Shown here: positions 39,780-52,207 of the stretch, piece by piece | Position numbering within the stretch: position 1 is the stretch's first letter | Layout of the letters: each line of letters opens with the position of its first letter | Source: Eledone cirrhosa | Taxonomy: Eukaryota | Length of the DNA stretch: 64,000 nucleotides | Assembly (NCBI GenBank): GCA_964016885.1 | Contig: OZ024740.1 | Location: 325,748,001-325,812,000 of the forward strand | Direction of reading: 5' to 3' | Program-made: the position numbers and the translations under genes | The notes under the pieces: generated by a model | The model's database searches: none | The model's input: only the letters and a program-made list of their open reading frames with translations | What the model was told of the DNA's origin: nothing

Positions 39780-39946
39780 GTGCACTTATAAAAAGAGGAA
39801 AGCAAGAACGGGAAAAAATGTTCCTTCATCAGTTGTCTGCTGGGGTCTTGGACATTTTAATGCGTTGAAATGTCCTAAACCCACAGCAGACAACTGATGA
39901 AGGAAAATTTTCTCTCGTTCTTGCTTTCCTCTTTTTGTAAGTACAC
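39780..39946. repeat. about 167-bp imperfect palindrome
   Basis: aaaaagaggaaagcaagaacg pairs with cgttcttgctttcctcttttt; ttccttcatcagttgtctgctg pairs with cagcagacaactgatgaaggaa. Confidence 0.9.
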
Positions 39947-40155
39947 ATATATACATAAGAAGGAATACTCAGTATAGTAATCAAGAGCAGTAATTATATA
40001 TGAGAAACTCCAGAGTAACGGGCCACTGTCTTGTCTTTAATAAAACTATACATAATATATATTTAATGCAATACAACCGTCGCCACCACCACTACAACCA
40101 TCACCAGTGTAATCACCACCACCACCACTTTATTCTTATTCTGTTAACTTACCAG

Positions 40156-40344
40156 GTGATGTAGTGACTCCAGGTTTCTTTGAGGAATACCTGAATGCTG
40201 AGAACATACTGTATCGTCCCTATGGTGTAGCAGAGAACATTGTCTTCAACTTTGCCTACAATGTTTTGACACTGAAGTTCAAGAAAGCCAGTATGCAGCT
40301 CAGTGATGAAACCTTAAGAACATCTTTGAAATACCTGAATGTTG
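40156..40344 (+). CDS. exon P, start of thioester domain with degenerate motif (GDVV...RPYGVAENIVFNFAYNVL...YLNV), phase 1-1
   Basis: accAG acceptor, GTaagc donor, 189 nt; aligns to PxGCGEQNMxxFAPN. Confidence 0.93.
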
Positions 40345-41416
40345 GTAAGCTCCTCTCTTATATAATATATTCATTATAGTGTAGCTTTATGTCTGCTTTG
40401 TATGTAGGCATAAGTTGCTAATGGTCCAAGACAAAACAGGTCAGAGCAACTAATCTTGCTCATATTTAGCATGCTTTCTACAGCTGAATGCCTTTCCACA
40501 CACCACTTTACAGATTATACTGGGTGCATTTTATTATAGCACCAGCACTAGAGATGTTGTCATGTCCTCAGCAGAACTAAATAGTCATCTCTATCATATA
40601 CTGTAGATGTTCAATTGCCAGCCATTTTACAGAATATACTGGCTAGATTTTATTATTGCACAAATACTAGAGAGGTTACTTTGTCTTTTGTTTAGCTAAG
40701 AATCCTCTCCACACTACATTTTCATTCTTTAAAGGCAAATTTACTTCAGGAGTTTGATTTGAAGAGGAGCGATGCTGTCAAGAGAATGAATGAGAGAGTA
40801 TGAAGGGGAAAACAAAGTGCAAGTGTGGAAAGAGTGGAAAAAGGTCATTGAAATTTTGAAAAAATTAATATAGTGTAGCTGTGTGAGAATGACAAACACT
40901 AGTGTTTCAGAATTTTTAACCAGCTTCAATGATGTTCACTCACTCAGTACTGAGGTAAAATAAGCTAACGTCTTCTGTAAATTTTTGTGTTAGTGCAACT
41001 ACTAAATAATTGTTTCTATTTTTGGCACAAGGCCAGTACATTACTGGTACTTTATTTTATCGACTCCGTAAGGATGAAAGGCAAAGTTAACCTCGGAGGG
41101 ATTTGAACTCAGATCATAAAGGGACGTAACTCTGCTGGAAAGCATGTCTGACCCTCTACCGATACTGCCAATTCACCTCCCTAGAGAGCTACTACTAAAT
41201 AATTGTTTCTACTTCTGACACAAGGCCAGCAATTATCCCAGTGTATTACTGGTACTTTATTTTGTCGACCCCATGAGGATGAAAGGCAAAGTTAACCTCG
41301 GCGGGATTTGAACTCAGACCATAAAGGGACGTAACTCTTTGCTGCAAGGCATGGCGGGCTACTACTAAATAATAACAACCCATCTTGGCTGCGCTATATG
41401 CAAATGAACACCATCA

Positions 41417-41654
41417 TTAACCCTTTAGTTACCAACCCAGCTAAAATTGGCTCTGGTTCTATGAAATAAAGTCACCTATTTTAAAGGTTTCCAATTTAAA
41501 TTAAAATCTCCCAATGTAATTTTATATAAGAACCTTACATTGAGTTACTATCTTGGTAATGAAATAATTAATAATTTTTGTAAACTCTTCAAAATTCTTC
41601 ATTAACAAAGTAAAATACTGTATTTCATTAGAAATGCAGTCATGAAAGGGTTAA
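41417..41654. mobile_element. TTAA-flanked piggyBac-like MITE; inverted copy at 45091-45326
   Basis: TTAA-CCCTTT...AAAGGG-TTAA; interior is the reverse complement of 45091-45326. Confidence 0.7.
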
Positions 41655-42577
41655 AGTTTCTTGAGTGTGATTTGAAAAAGAATGATGCTGCTAAGAGATT
41701 GAATAAGGAGTAAGTATGAAGGGAGAAACAATGATAGGATTGTAAGGAGAACTGAGAAAGGGAAACAGTGCTAGCTCCATGTTGGTATATTGGCTTCTAA
41801 TAAATAGTTTTGTGTAATCCTGTTTCAATATTACCCTATCCTTTGCTTGGTTTAACACAACTACTTGGTCCTTGTGTGCCTTTAGCAGAGTCAACTCTTT
41901 TATAAGTATTTGGACCACTGGTTTAAAGATACCTTTCTCCCACCAGTCCTGGAGGCCCTGCAAAGGGGTCATTGATACTGCCCTTCCCTTTTTGACTTAA
42001 AAACAGTAAACAAGAAACATGATTTAGGCATCTGGTGTTTATGAGTTCAAATTTCATCATGCTCAGTTTTAACTAATATTCTTTTTGGTTCAGTATAAGA
42101 AGATTCATTCATTTATACTGCATGTGAAGGAGAGTGGCCTGGTGATTGGGGTTTTGAATTCACAATCATAAGATTGTGGGATCGACTCCTGGACCAGGCA
42201 GTGCATTGTCTTTTTAAGATGCTTCATTTCATGATAGAACTGTGACCACTATCGTTAAAACACTTGAAAAAGCTCCTATGGGATGCAAACTCATTGGAGG
42301 CCAGCTAAACCTACATAGATGTAAGCTGTAACAGCAACATATATATGTGTACATATGATATGACTGGGACCCACTATTATTAAAACATCAAAGAAACCTC
42401 CTATGAGATTTAGCCTTGTAAAAAGCCAGCTAAACCTACATAGGTGTAAGCTGTATATTTCATTTAAAAACAAATTTCAATTATACAATCCCTGGGCTGT
42501 TACATCAAGTAGATCTTGGATCTCGGTGAAATAAACCATCTGTATCAATTCTATAAATGTGTTGGGTTTCATTACAG

Positions 42578-42656
42578 CCATGCAAAGAATTTTGAGTTAC
42601 ATGAATGAAGATGGCTCTTTCAGTATGTCTCGTGATCATCGCAAGAAAAGTATATG
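42578..42656 (+). CDS. exon Q (AMQRILSYMNEDGSFSMSRDHRKKSI), phase 1-2
   Basis: ttacAG acceptor, GTaagt donor, 79 nt; QR.L.Y...DGSFS motif. Confidence 0.93.
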
Positions 42657-43294
42657 GTAAGTTTGTTTATAAAATGCTTCATTATAAATACTTCTTTTTC
42701 TTCTTCTTCTTCACCCACTTATTCCTGAGAGGGTCGTGGGGACAGAATCCTCAAACACTCCATACAATGGGTCAGAATTGATCATCTCCAACTGATCCAG
42801 TTGGATCCCCAAGCAAGACCAGCCAAGCTCATGGATATTAGCCAACCATCTATCCTAGCAGATAGATGAAATCTGGCCTGTGATGTTAAAAGCCTTAAGT
42901 AGAGAAGGTATTCTCTGGCTGACTCGTGTGTGCCAGGTGGCCTGATTCTCTAGAAAGGCACCTAAGCAATGCCAATCAGGAGTGATCATCCCGATTTTTA
43001 AAAAGGGAAACGAGAGATTGTAAATACTTGTCAGATAAAATGTGCCATCATTATCATTTCATGTCTATTTTTCCAGCTGGCATGGGTTGGACTAGTCATT
43101 ATAGACTAAGTTAGTATGTTATCAGAGCTACTGTTCTCCTAGATAGGCCAGGGAACCACACCTCACTTAATGTGTTCATTTTTTTGGCAGGACTTATATG
43201 GCTGGATGCCCTTCTTCTAATTAACAACATTCATTTATTTAAAACTTTATCTTTCTTGGTCTCCGATCAAATTAATTCTCTTTTGTTATTTCAG

Positions 43295-43463
43295 GCTTAC
43301 AGCTTTTGTTGTCAAAACTCTTTATTCAGCTCGAGAAGGAGAATGGGAGCGAGACTTCTTTGTTTCATTGGAACTTATTAACAAGATGGTAACTTGGATT
43401 TGTTCCCAGTGGAACTCGACGGAAGCCTTCAACACCGAGCATTTTGTATATGATCGGAAAATG
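43295..43463 (+). CDS. exon R (WLTAFVVKTL...HFVYDRKM), phase 2-0
   Basis: tttcAG acceptor, GTaggg donor, 169 nt; WLTAFV motif. Confidence 0.93.
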
Positions 43464-44344
43464 GTAGGGAAAATTTTGGAATGTTTGTTCTTTTAGATGC
43501 TTCAGTCATATTAAACTGTGTCCTTGCTAGAGTACTACTTTGAAGGGATTTAGTCAATGATATTAATCCCAGTACTTATTTTTTCAAATTTGATTCTTAT
43601 TTTAAGAACAGGACATAGACACACACACACACACACAGATATAAACACACACACACACATATAATTACACACACAGATATAGTGGACACAGCATTATTAA
43701 ATGGTTATGGGGTTTGCTTTGTAATCTTTAAGTCCTGAATTCAATCCCTGTGAATGGGATCTTGAACAAGTGTCATTTACTGTAGCCACAAGTTGACACA
43801 CCATGCCTTGTGAGTGAAATTAGGTAGATGGAGTGTACCTGTAATTCAAATGGCCAGCTTTGTTATACACTGACATGCTGAATTTCCCTGAGAATTATGT
43901 TAAGGGTACACATATTTGTGGAATACCTCGGTCATTTGCATGTTATTCTCATGAGCAGGCCGTTTTATTGATTGAACAACTGAAAAACTCATTAAAACTA
44001 ACTTAGGTGCATTTCATATGCATATATAGGATGGGCTTCTGCACAGGTTCCATCTACAACATTTCACCTATAAAGCATTGCTTAACCTGAAGCTTTTGTA
44101 GAAAACGCTTTCTCAGGGTGCCACACAGTGGGACTGAACCCCCAAACCATAGATATTATCTACCTTAAGTTTATCTCGGTCTTCAAATATATACTGTGTT
44201 CTAGCATAAAAATTCATTATTTATGCATGAATAATTTTATATGGATGTAGGCATGGCTGAGTGATTAAGAAGTTTGCTTAATTTTAAATGTAAACAAGAA
44301 TTTGGAGGGATTTGATAAAATAACTAACTTTCATTATTTGGATT

Positions 44345-44770
44345 GTCGGTATCAGTTGAGCATCAGACAACATGCTTTGTGGCATAGAGTTATGGTCCTT
44401 TACATTCTGAGTTCAAATCACACCGAGTTTAACTTTGCCTTTCATCATTACGAGGTTGATAAAATAAAGCTCCAGTAAGTGCTGGCTCGATTTAAATGAC
44501 TTTCCTCTCCTCTTAAAATTGCTGGCCTTGTGCCTAAGTTATTAAGTTCGTGTGAGGGCAGTGGATTGGCAGTATTGGTAGAACATCAGAAAACGTTTTG
44601 TGGCATATAGTTACATCCCTTTACGTTCTGAGTTCAAATCCTGCTGAGGTTAGCTTTGTATTTCATCCTTACAGGGTCGATAAAATAAAGCACCAGTAAT
44701 GTACTGGGATCAATTTACTTGACTTTCCCCTTCCCCAAAATTGTTGGCTTTGTGCCTAAATCAGAAACCA
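44345..44770 (+). mobile_element. SINE family 2, tandem pair (other copies at 8558-8768 +, 13323-13464 +, 41010-41358 - pair, and degenerate near 2500 and 5830)
   Basis: recurrent GAGTTCAAATCC B box followed by TTTGCCTTTCATCC...GGTCGATAAAATAAAGTACCAG. Confidence 0.8.
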
Positions 44771-45413
44771 CTATTAAGTTGGTGGTTTGGTATATAACTT
44801 AGCCTAGCTTCTCACATAAAGTTATAAAGGAAGGTTTAACTCTTGACATCTCATATTAATTTAACAGAAAATATTTAAAAACAGCTTTGTTAATTTTAAT
44901 GTTTATAGTATCTACCCTAGCCCCACAATATCTTTACTAGGGAAGAGATTGTTGTAAAAATGTGCAATATTAGAGTAAATACTTTAATATTTAATATGAT
45001 ATAGTGGTGTTTTGTACTTTTCAATAATGTCTTTTTAATATAGTTAACTACAGTACAAGATATTAAGTGTTAAATTTAAATATGAACACTTTAACTCTTT
45101 CATGGCTGCATCTCTAATGAAATACTCTATTTTAATTAATTAAGGAAGAATTTTTAGGGATTTACTAAAATTATCAATCATGTCATTACTAAGATAGTAA
45201 ATTAATGTAAGGTTCTAATATAAAATTCTTGGAAGATTTTAATTTAAATTGGAAACCTTTAAAATGGGTGACTTTATTTCATAGAACCAGAGCCAGTTTT
45301 GGGCTGGGCTTGTAACTAAGGGTTAAAACAAATGGAATTTCATCATACATCAAGGAGTGGTTTTTGGCAAGTTGGTATCAAAAGGGTTAACATGTCATTT
45401 TCTTTTATTCCAG

Positions 45414-45515
45414 TCTGCAAGAACCTCTTGGGATAGTAGCGTTCTTGAAATGGACCCTATAGCCCTCACAGCCTATGTTTACATTTCTCTGTTTAGTATC
45501 GGCCAAGTCTCAGGT
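45414..45515 (+). CDS. exon S (SARTSWD...PIALTAYVYISLFSIGQVSG), phase 0-0
   Basis: ttccAG acceptor, GTaagt donor, 102 nt; LTAYV motif. Confidence 0.9.
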
Positions 45516-46203
45516 GTAAGTACATATTCTCTGATTCTGTCTATTATTTCTCTCTCTCTCTCTTTCCATCTCTCCTTCTCTCTACCCCTCACCCCCGCTT
45601 TCCCATCTCTCTCTGTCCCTCTTTCCCACTCCCTATCCTTCTCCCCCTCTATCCCTATCCCTCTCCCCCTCTATCCCTATCCCTCTCCCCCTCTATTCAT
45701 GTCCCACTCTCCCTCTATCCCTATCCCCCCTCTATCTATCCCTCTCTCTGTCCCCTGTAAATATTTACCACAAGAAGATGCCATATGTATTGTAACCAGG
45801 AGCATATTCATAAGGCTGACTAGGTTCAAGCCGAGGGGCCCTATAATTACTAATGGTTACATCAGTTTATTTTGCTAAAGCACTGTTATTTGTGTCCTAG
45901 GCCTCCGGTGGTCAAAGCCCTTTACATATACATATAAAGGTATGTGGCTTAGAGGTTAAGGCACTGGGATCATGATCGTAGACTGACTAGGTAGTGCGTT
46001 GTCCTTAAACAAGATACTTATTTCATATTGCTCCAGTCCACTCAGCTGATAAAATTGAGTTGTACCTGTAATCCATGATGACAGACTTGTCAGATATGGC
46101 ATGATACTGAATCTCCCTAAGAACTATGTCAAGAATGCATGTGTATGTGGTATATATGTATATATATATATATGAGTATGTGGTATATATGTATATATAT
46201 ATA

Positions 46204-47286
46204 TCAGTATGTAGGAAAGGTGTAGGTAGGAACTCCATTCTCTGCCCCAAATGCAAACAATGGGTACGCAAGAGATGTAGCGGGATCTCAAGAAGCTTAA
46301 CTAAGAATGTAGGCTTCACATGCAGCAGCTGTGCTGGGACAGCAAACAGCCACAGGAAACAAGTACCACCAATCTCTGGGAGGGCTCTGTAGAAACAGTA
46401 GACAGCTTCTGCTACCTAGGTGACCGAATTAGCAGCGGAGGTGGGTGTTCAGAAAGTACAATAACTAGGGTAAGAACGGGATGGAAGAAGTTTAGGGAAC
46501 TACTACCACTGCTAGCTGCAAAAGGCTTCTCCATCAGAATGAAAGGCAGACTGTATGATGCGTGTATCCAAACAGCGATGTTGCATGGTAGTGAGACCTG
46601 GGCGCTGAAGGTGGAAGACTTACATAGATTAGAGAGAAACGAAGCCTGCATGCTCCGATGGATGTGTAACAGTAATATACGTGAACGACAAAGCATAAAT
46701 GAATTGAGAGAGAGACTGAGCATAAGAGGAATAAAATGCTGTGTGCAGGAGAGGCGGTTACGCTGGTATGGACATGTGATGCGTATGAAGGATGACAGCT
46801 GCATAAAAAGGTGCAGAGCACTAGAAGTTGATGGAAACCATGGAGTGGGGAGACCCAAGATGACCTGTGATGAGGTGATAAAAGCCGACCTTACCCAATT
46901 ACACCTCTCAAAGGCAATGACACACAACCGTGACCTCTGGCGTCACGCAGTAATACAGAGTACCCGACCTCCCATGGGTACAAGCTGAAGCATATAGACA
47001 ATATGCCCCCACACCCCCACCGCAAGGTGGTCGTGGAGGTGCCACGGCAAAAAAGCACCCAGCCCACACTGTAAAGTGGATTTGTATGCGCCACAAAAAA
47101 GCACCCAGCACTCACTGTAAATGAGGTTGGTGTTAGGAAGGGCATCCAGCTGTAGAAATCAAGCCAAATCAGTTCCTGTATGAGCAAGGCATGGTCAGCC
47201 GACCAGACACTGCCCACAACAGGACAACCCGTCTAACCCATGCTAGCGTGGAAGAACGGACGTAAAACGGTGATGATGATGATGAT
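46204..47286 (+). mobile_element. RTE LINE, 5'-truncated, subfamily A
   Basis: ORF 46320-46988, 3' UTR and (GAT)n tail; flanked by TA repeats. Confidence 0.93.
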
Positions 47287-47569
47287 ATATATATGTATAA
47301 TATATATATATATATGTGTTGTATGTATATATATATATGTTGTATGTATGTATATATATATATATATACATATGTATAATATATATATATGTGTTGTATG
47401 TATATATATATGTATAATATATATATATATGTGTTGTATGTATATATATATGTATATTTATATATATATACATATGTATAATATATATATATGTGTTGTA
47501 TGTATATATATATGTATAATATATATATATATGTGTGTTATATGTATATATATATGTGTTGTATGTATA

Positions 47570-47613
<44 letters not shown>

Positions 47614-47700
47614 CACAAACATATATATATATACACATACACACACATATATATATATATATATAAATATACACATACATATATATATATATATAAATAT

Positions 47701-47732
<32 letters not shown>

Positions 47733-47766
47733 ACATACACACACACATATATATATATATACACAT

Positions 47767-47849
<83 letters not shown>

Positions 47850-48048
47850 CACACACATATATATATATATACACATATATATATATACACATATATATAT
47901 ATATACACACATATATATATATACACATATATATATATACACATATATATATAAATACATACACATATATATATAAATACATACATATATATATATATAT
48001 ATATACACATATATATATATATATATACACACATATATATATATAAAT

Positions 48049-48140
<92 letters not shown>
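47287..48140. repeat. compound (TA)n/(CA)n microsatellite; similar tracts at 15229-15593, 26526-26994, 53011-54946, 56380-56775, 58880-59390 and 61060-62485
   Basis: direct inspection; these tracts produce the IYIY low-complexity ORFs. Confidence 0.97.
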
Positions 48141-48699
48141 GTAAAATGCCCCATTTGTTTTTCTAAAATAATCTTGTTTGTTTAATTTTGGCCGAAAATT
48201 CTAGGATTTATAAAATGGCCTCCTTGTCCCTCTTAATCTTTATCCCCCCCCCCCCCATATCGTAGACGCGCCTGCTGGTTCACCCTTTCAATCACTCCCT
48301 TCTCTCACTAAATATAAATAAACCTGTTATGAGGTACGAATCTCAGAATTTGTCAACGCTTATTAATGGTCAGATCTGCTTGCTCTCCTGCGAAATGTAA
48401 TGTAAAATGCCATTTTTTTCTTGTCTCTCCAGCCTCTCGGTCCATTCATTCATATATCCGTATCATCGCCCAGAATCCATTCTTTTGCTCTCTCTCAATG
48501 CTATTCTATAATTCTGTCTGGTTGTTCTAAATAATCTTTTTGTATTTTAAAATCCCATTATTCGCTTATTACTGTTATATGCTTGTCCAATTATGCCCAA
48601 AATTCGAAGATTATATTTATACCCCTCCCACCTGCCCCCACTCTCCACCATTATTATTTGGACCAATCATAAGTCAGGTCAGCGGCCTATGCTATCACT

Positions 48700-50874
48700 T
48701 CACCTGGTTGCTTTTCGATGTGATGGATGGACTAAGGAATTGTGGAGAGTCTGAAAAATCTGGACACTCAGTGACAATGCCAAAGATAAAGACAAATTCA
48801 CCTCATGCTGCCGGACGAAAAGGCAAGGACTCCTCCTTTGTTTCGGCCGCGGATGGCCAACATAACCCCAACCCCATCACCCCACCAAACGCAATCCAAA
48901 ACTTCAGAGTTGGTACCATGAATGTAGACACCTTAAAAGGTCGCTCTAACGAGGTTGTAGAAATGCTTGAACATAAGGAGGTTGATGTTTGCTGTAGCCA
49001 AGAGACCAGGTGTAGGGGTGGGTCTGCTAGATTCATTGTGGGTAAAAAACGATGCTATAAGCTTTTCTGGGTGGGAAATGACAATGGGCTGGGTGGAGTA
49101 GGAATCATGTTAGCAGTAAAATGGGTAGATAAGATAATAGACGTAAATAGAGTGAACGACAGAATAATTAAAATAAGACTTGTCCTAAATAGAACTACTG
49201 TGACAGTAATATCTGCGTATGCACCCCAATCCGGACTGCTTGGCGCTATAAAAGACAGATTCTTTGAGACATTGATGCTCACTACCTCCCAAATAACCGA
49301 CAGTGACTACATAATTATTGCTGGCGACCTAAATGGTCACGTTGGACAACATTGTGATGGCTATGATGGAATCCATGGAAGCTATGGGTTTGGTACTAGA
49401 AATGAGGAAGGCTCCAGAATCCTGGAATTCTGCTACACAAATAACCTAACTATCTGTAACACTAACTTCAAAAAAACGAGACAATCACTTGATCACCTAT
49501 AGATCAGGGGAACACGCCAGTCAGATAGATTATATCCTTACCAGAAGACGTGATAGAGTGTCTGTTGTAAACACTAAATCCCTCCCCCATGAAGAATGCA
49601 CCTCCCAACATAGACTCATAGTCAGCGACCTCATAGTCAGGACAAGACGTACTCGACAACAGAGGAGGACTATTCTCAGGAGAAAAATATGGAAGCTAAA
49701 GGACCCCACAGCCAGTAATAAATTTAAAAGCATATTACTTGATTCTTTCGACAGTAAGGAAGAGCAATTAGAGTCGTACAATATAGAGGAACAGTGGGAA
49801 TTCCTGAAAGCTAACCTGCTGAAGGCGGCAGATGAAGTCTGTGGCTGGAGCAGGCCTATAGGCATGAGGAGAGTAACGTGGTGGTGGAACAGTATGGTGG
49901 AGGAGTCAATTAAGGCCAAAAAGCAGGCTTGGAAAGTATGGCGGGATGGGGGAAGTAGAGAAGACTATCAAGTGGCCAGGAGGGAAGCTGGGAGACAAGT
50001 GTACTTCGCAAGAAGGGAAGCATGGACCAAAAACGTGAGGTGTTCAGGATTGCTAGGCAATGTGTCAAGGAAAACCGTGATATTGTCGGGGAGAAGTGTG
50101 TCCTTAATGATGATGGTGTACTTGCCATCACTGACGCTGATAAGAAGGTAGCTTGGAAGTGTCACTACGAAAGGCTACTAAATGATGAGAATAAATGGGA
50201 GAAAGACAGTCTCCCCCACATCGATCCAATAGAGGGACCAGCAGTGCGAGTTGAAGGTAGTATAATAAGTAAGGCAATTAAACATATGAAGACGGGTAAG
50301 GCGGCTGGGCCTTCGGAAATAGTTGCTGAAATGCTGAAAGCATCTGGAACGGTGGGACACACTATGGTCACTCGGATAGTAAACCAAGTCATACAGAATG
50401 GGGCCCGTTTCGAAGGACTGGCGTAGCAGCACCATCATTAACTGCTACAAGGGTAAAGGAGATGCTCTTGATAGGGGTAACTATAGAGGCATTAAATTAA
50501 TCGACCAGGTCATGAAGGTCACAGAAAAAGTAATAGCGCAACTAATCAGAGAGCAAATTGATCTAGATCAAATGCAGTTCGGGTTTGTGTCAGGTAAAAG
50601 TACCACAGACTCTCTTTTCATTGTACGACAACTACAGGAGAAGTACCTAGCTAAAAGTAAACCCCTATACTTAGCTTTTGTTGACTTGGAGAAAGCCTTT
50701 GACAGAGTCCCACGCCCCATTATCTGGTGGGCTCTCAGAAAACTAGGTGTTGATGAATGGCTTGTGAGAGCTATACAAGCCATGTATAAAGAAACAGTCA
50801 GCAAGGTTAGAATTAACAACGAATATAGTGAATAGTTTAGCGTAAAAGTTGGTGTTCATCAGGGCTCCGTTCTT
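48700..50874 (+). mobile_element. RTE LINE 5' half (AP endonuclease and RT N-part), 3' end missing; 5' boundary approximate
   Basis: GTMNV, QET, SAYAPQ, GDLNGH, QIDYIL and SQHR APE motifs; RT runs to GVHQGSVL; frameshifts present. Confidence 0.93.
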
Positions 50875-51125
50875 AAGGAAGAAGTCCAGCTGATTTGAAC
50901 TTAATGCGTAAACATAGACCGTTGGACTTCTTCCTTGTTGAAAATCCAAGTACCGTCATTCGATTAATTGATGAAATATATTTCTTTAATGGAATATATA
51001 CAGGGAAGATTAATCATATTATAAGGTATCTATTTTTGAAGTTCTAGTTAACTTTATTTAATTACCTACCTAGCTGTGTGTGCTTACACACTTGTAAAAA
51101 TTATCTCCTGTGATTATTCATGTTT

Positions 51126-52013
51126 AATAATAATAATAATAATGAAATTATTGTGTACAGTGCTCAGGTGCACTACAGCTCATCAAAGGTGCATGTATAG
51201 TACATAGAATCATGTACAAATGTCAGGAAAATAAACAGTGTATGAGTCATGATATAATAACAATAATGAAATATTGTGCACAGTGCCCAGGTGCACCACA
51301 ACCCATCAAAAAAGTGCATGTACAGTACATAGGGCAATGCACAAACATCAGTAAAATGAACAGTGCACGAGTCATAATACATACATGTGTGCATGTGTAT
51401 GGAAGGGGCACATCAGGTGTAGTTTTGGCGTATTTCGGGAAGCATGAGTGTCTTAAAGGATGCAGTGTCTCGGCAGCTAACAATTGACGCAGGCAGTTTG
51501 TTCCATGCTTCAGCAACTCTGAGCGTGAAAAAATGTCTGCGAAAGTCATGGGAGCTGTGCTGTTTTCTTATCTTGTAGGCATGTCCACGTGTGTTAGACA
51601 CATGGAGATCAAAAAGGCGCTCAGGGTTGCAGTTGGCGAGATGGTTAAAAACTTTGTAGGTATTCACCAAGTCCATTGCCAGACGTTGGAGCTTCAATGA
51701 ATCCATGCCCAGGGAAGCAAGGCGTTCAGAGTATGGTAGGTGTCTGATGGAGGGTATGCGCTTGGTTGCACGTCTCTGAACAGTTTCCAGGAGGTCAATG
51801 TTCCGACCAAGATAGGGGTTCCAGACTGATGATGCGAATTCCAAGTGTGGTCGCACCATAGCTGTATACAGTTTTAAATAGATGGCTGGAGAGCGGCTAA
51901 CAAAGGTCTTGCTGAGTGATGCCAAGACACCCTCGGCCTTCTTGACAATCTTAGAGATATGCTTTGTCCAACGCAAATCGTTGCTGACAGTAATGCCCAG
52001 GTCACGTTCACAA
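51126..52013 (-). mobile_element. CR1-type LINE, 5'-truncated, with a second 3'-tail copy at 51126-51255
   Basis: ORF 51413-52018 is nearly identical to the C-terminus of the copy at 1-2257; two (AAT)n tails in tandem. Confidence 0.92.
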
Positions 52014-52163
52014 ATCAATTTCTAGTTGTTATAAAATGCTCAGACCTATTCATTAGAATCTTAGAGCTTATTTTGCGGGTGATATGGCGCATGCCTTTCC
52101 GGCATGACACCCATAATTTTGATTTAGATTAAATTCATTTTGATTTATCTTAATTTTGGATAT

Positions 52164-52203
<40 letters not shown>

Positions 52204-52207
<4 letters not shown>

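Noticed and set aside
47240-48154. Long IYIY/CVCV/THTH ORFs here and at 15-16, 26, 53-59 and 61 kb
   Set aside because: They are translations of (TA)n/(CA)n microsatellites, which lack stop codons.
26995-50874. RTE at 27 kb begins where the RTE at 48.7-50.9 kb ends (GVHQG), as if one element had been split
   Set aside because: The overlapping codons differ at many synonymous sites, the order is reversed, and host exons between them remain collinear.
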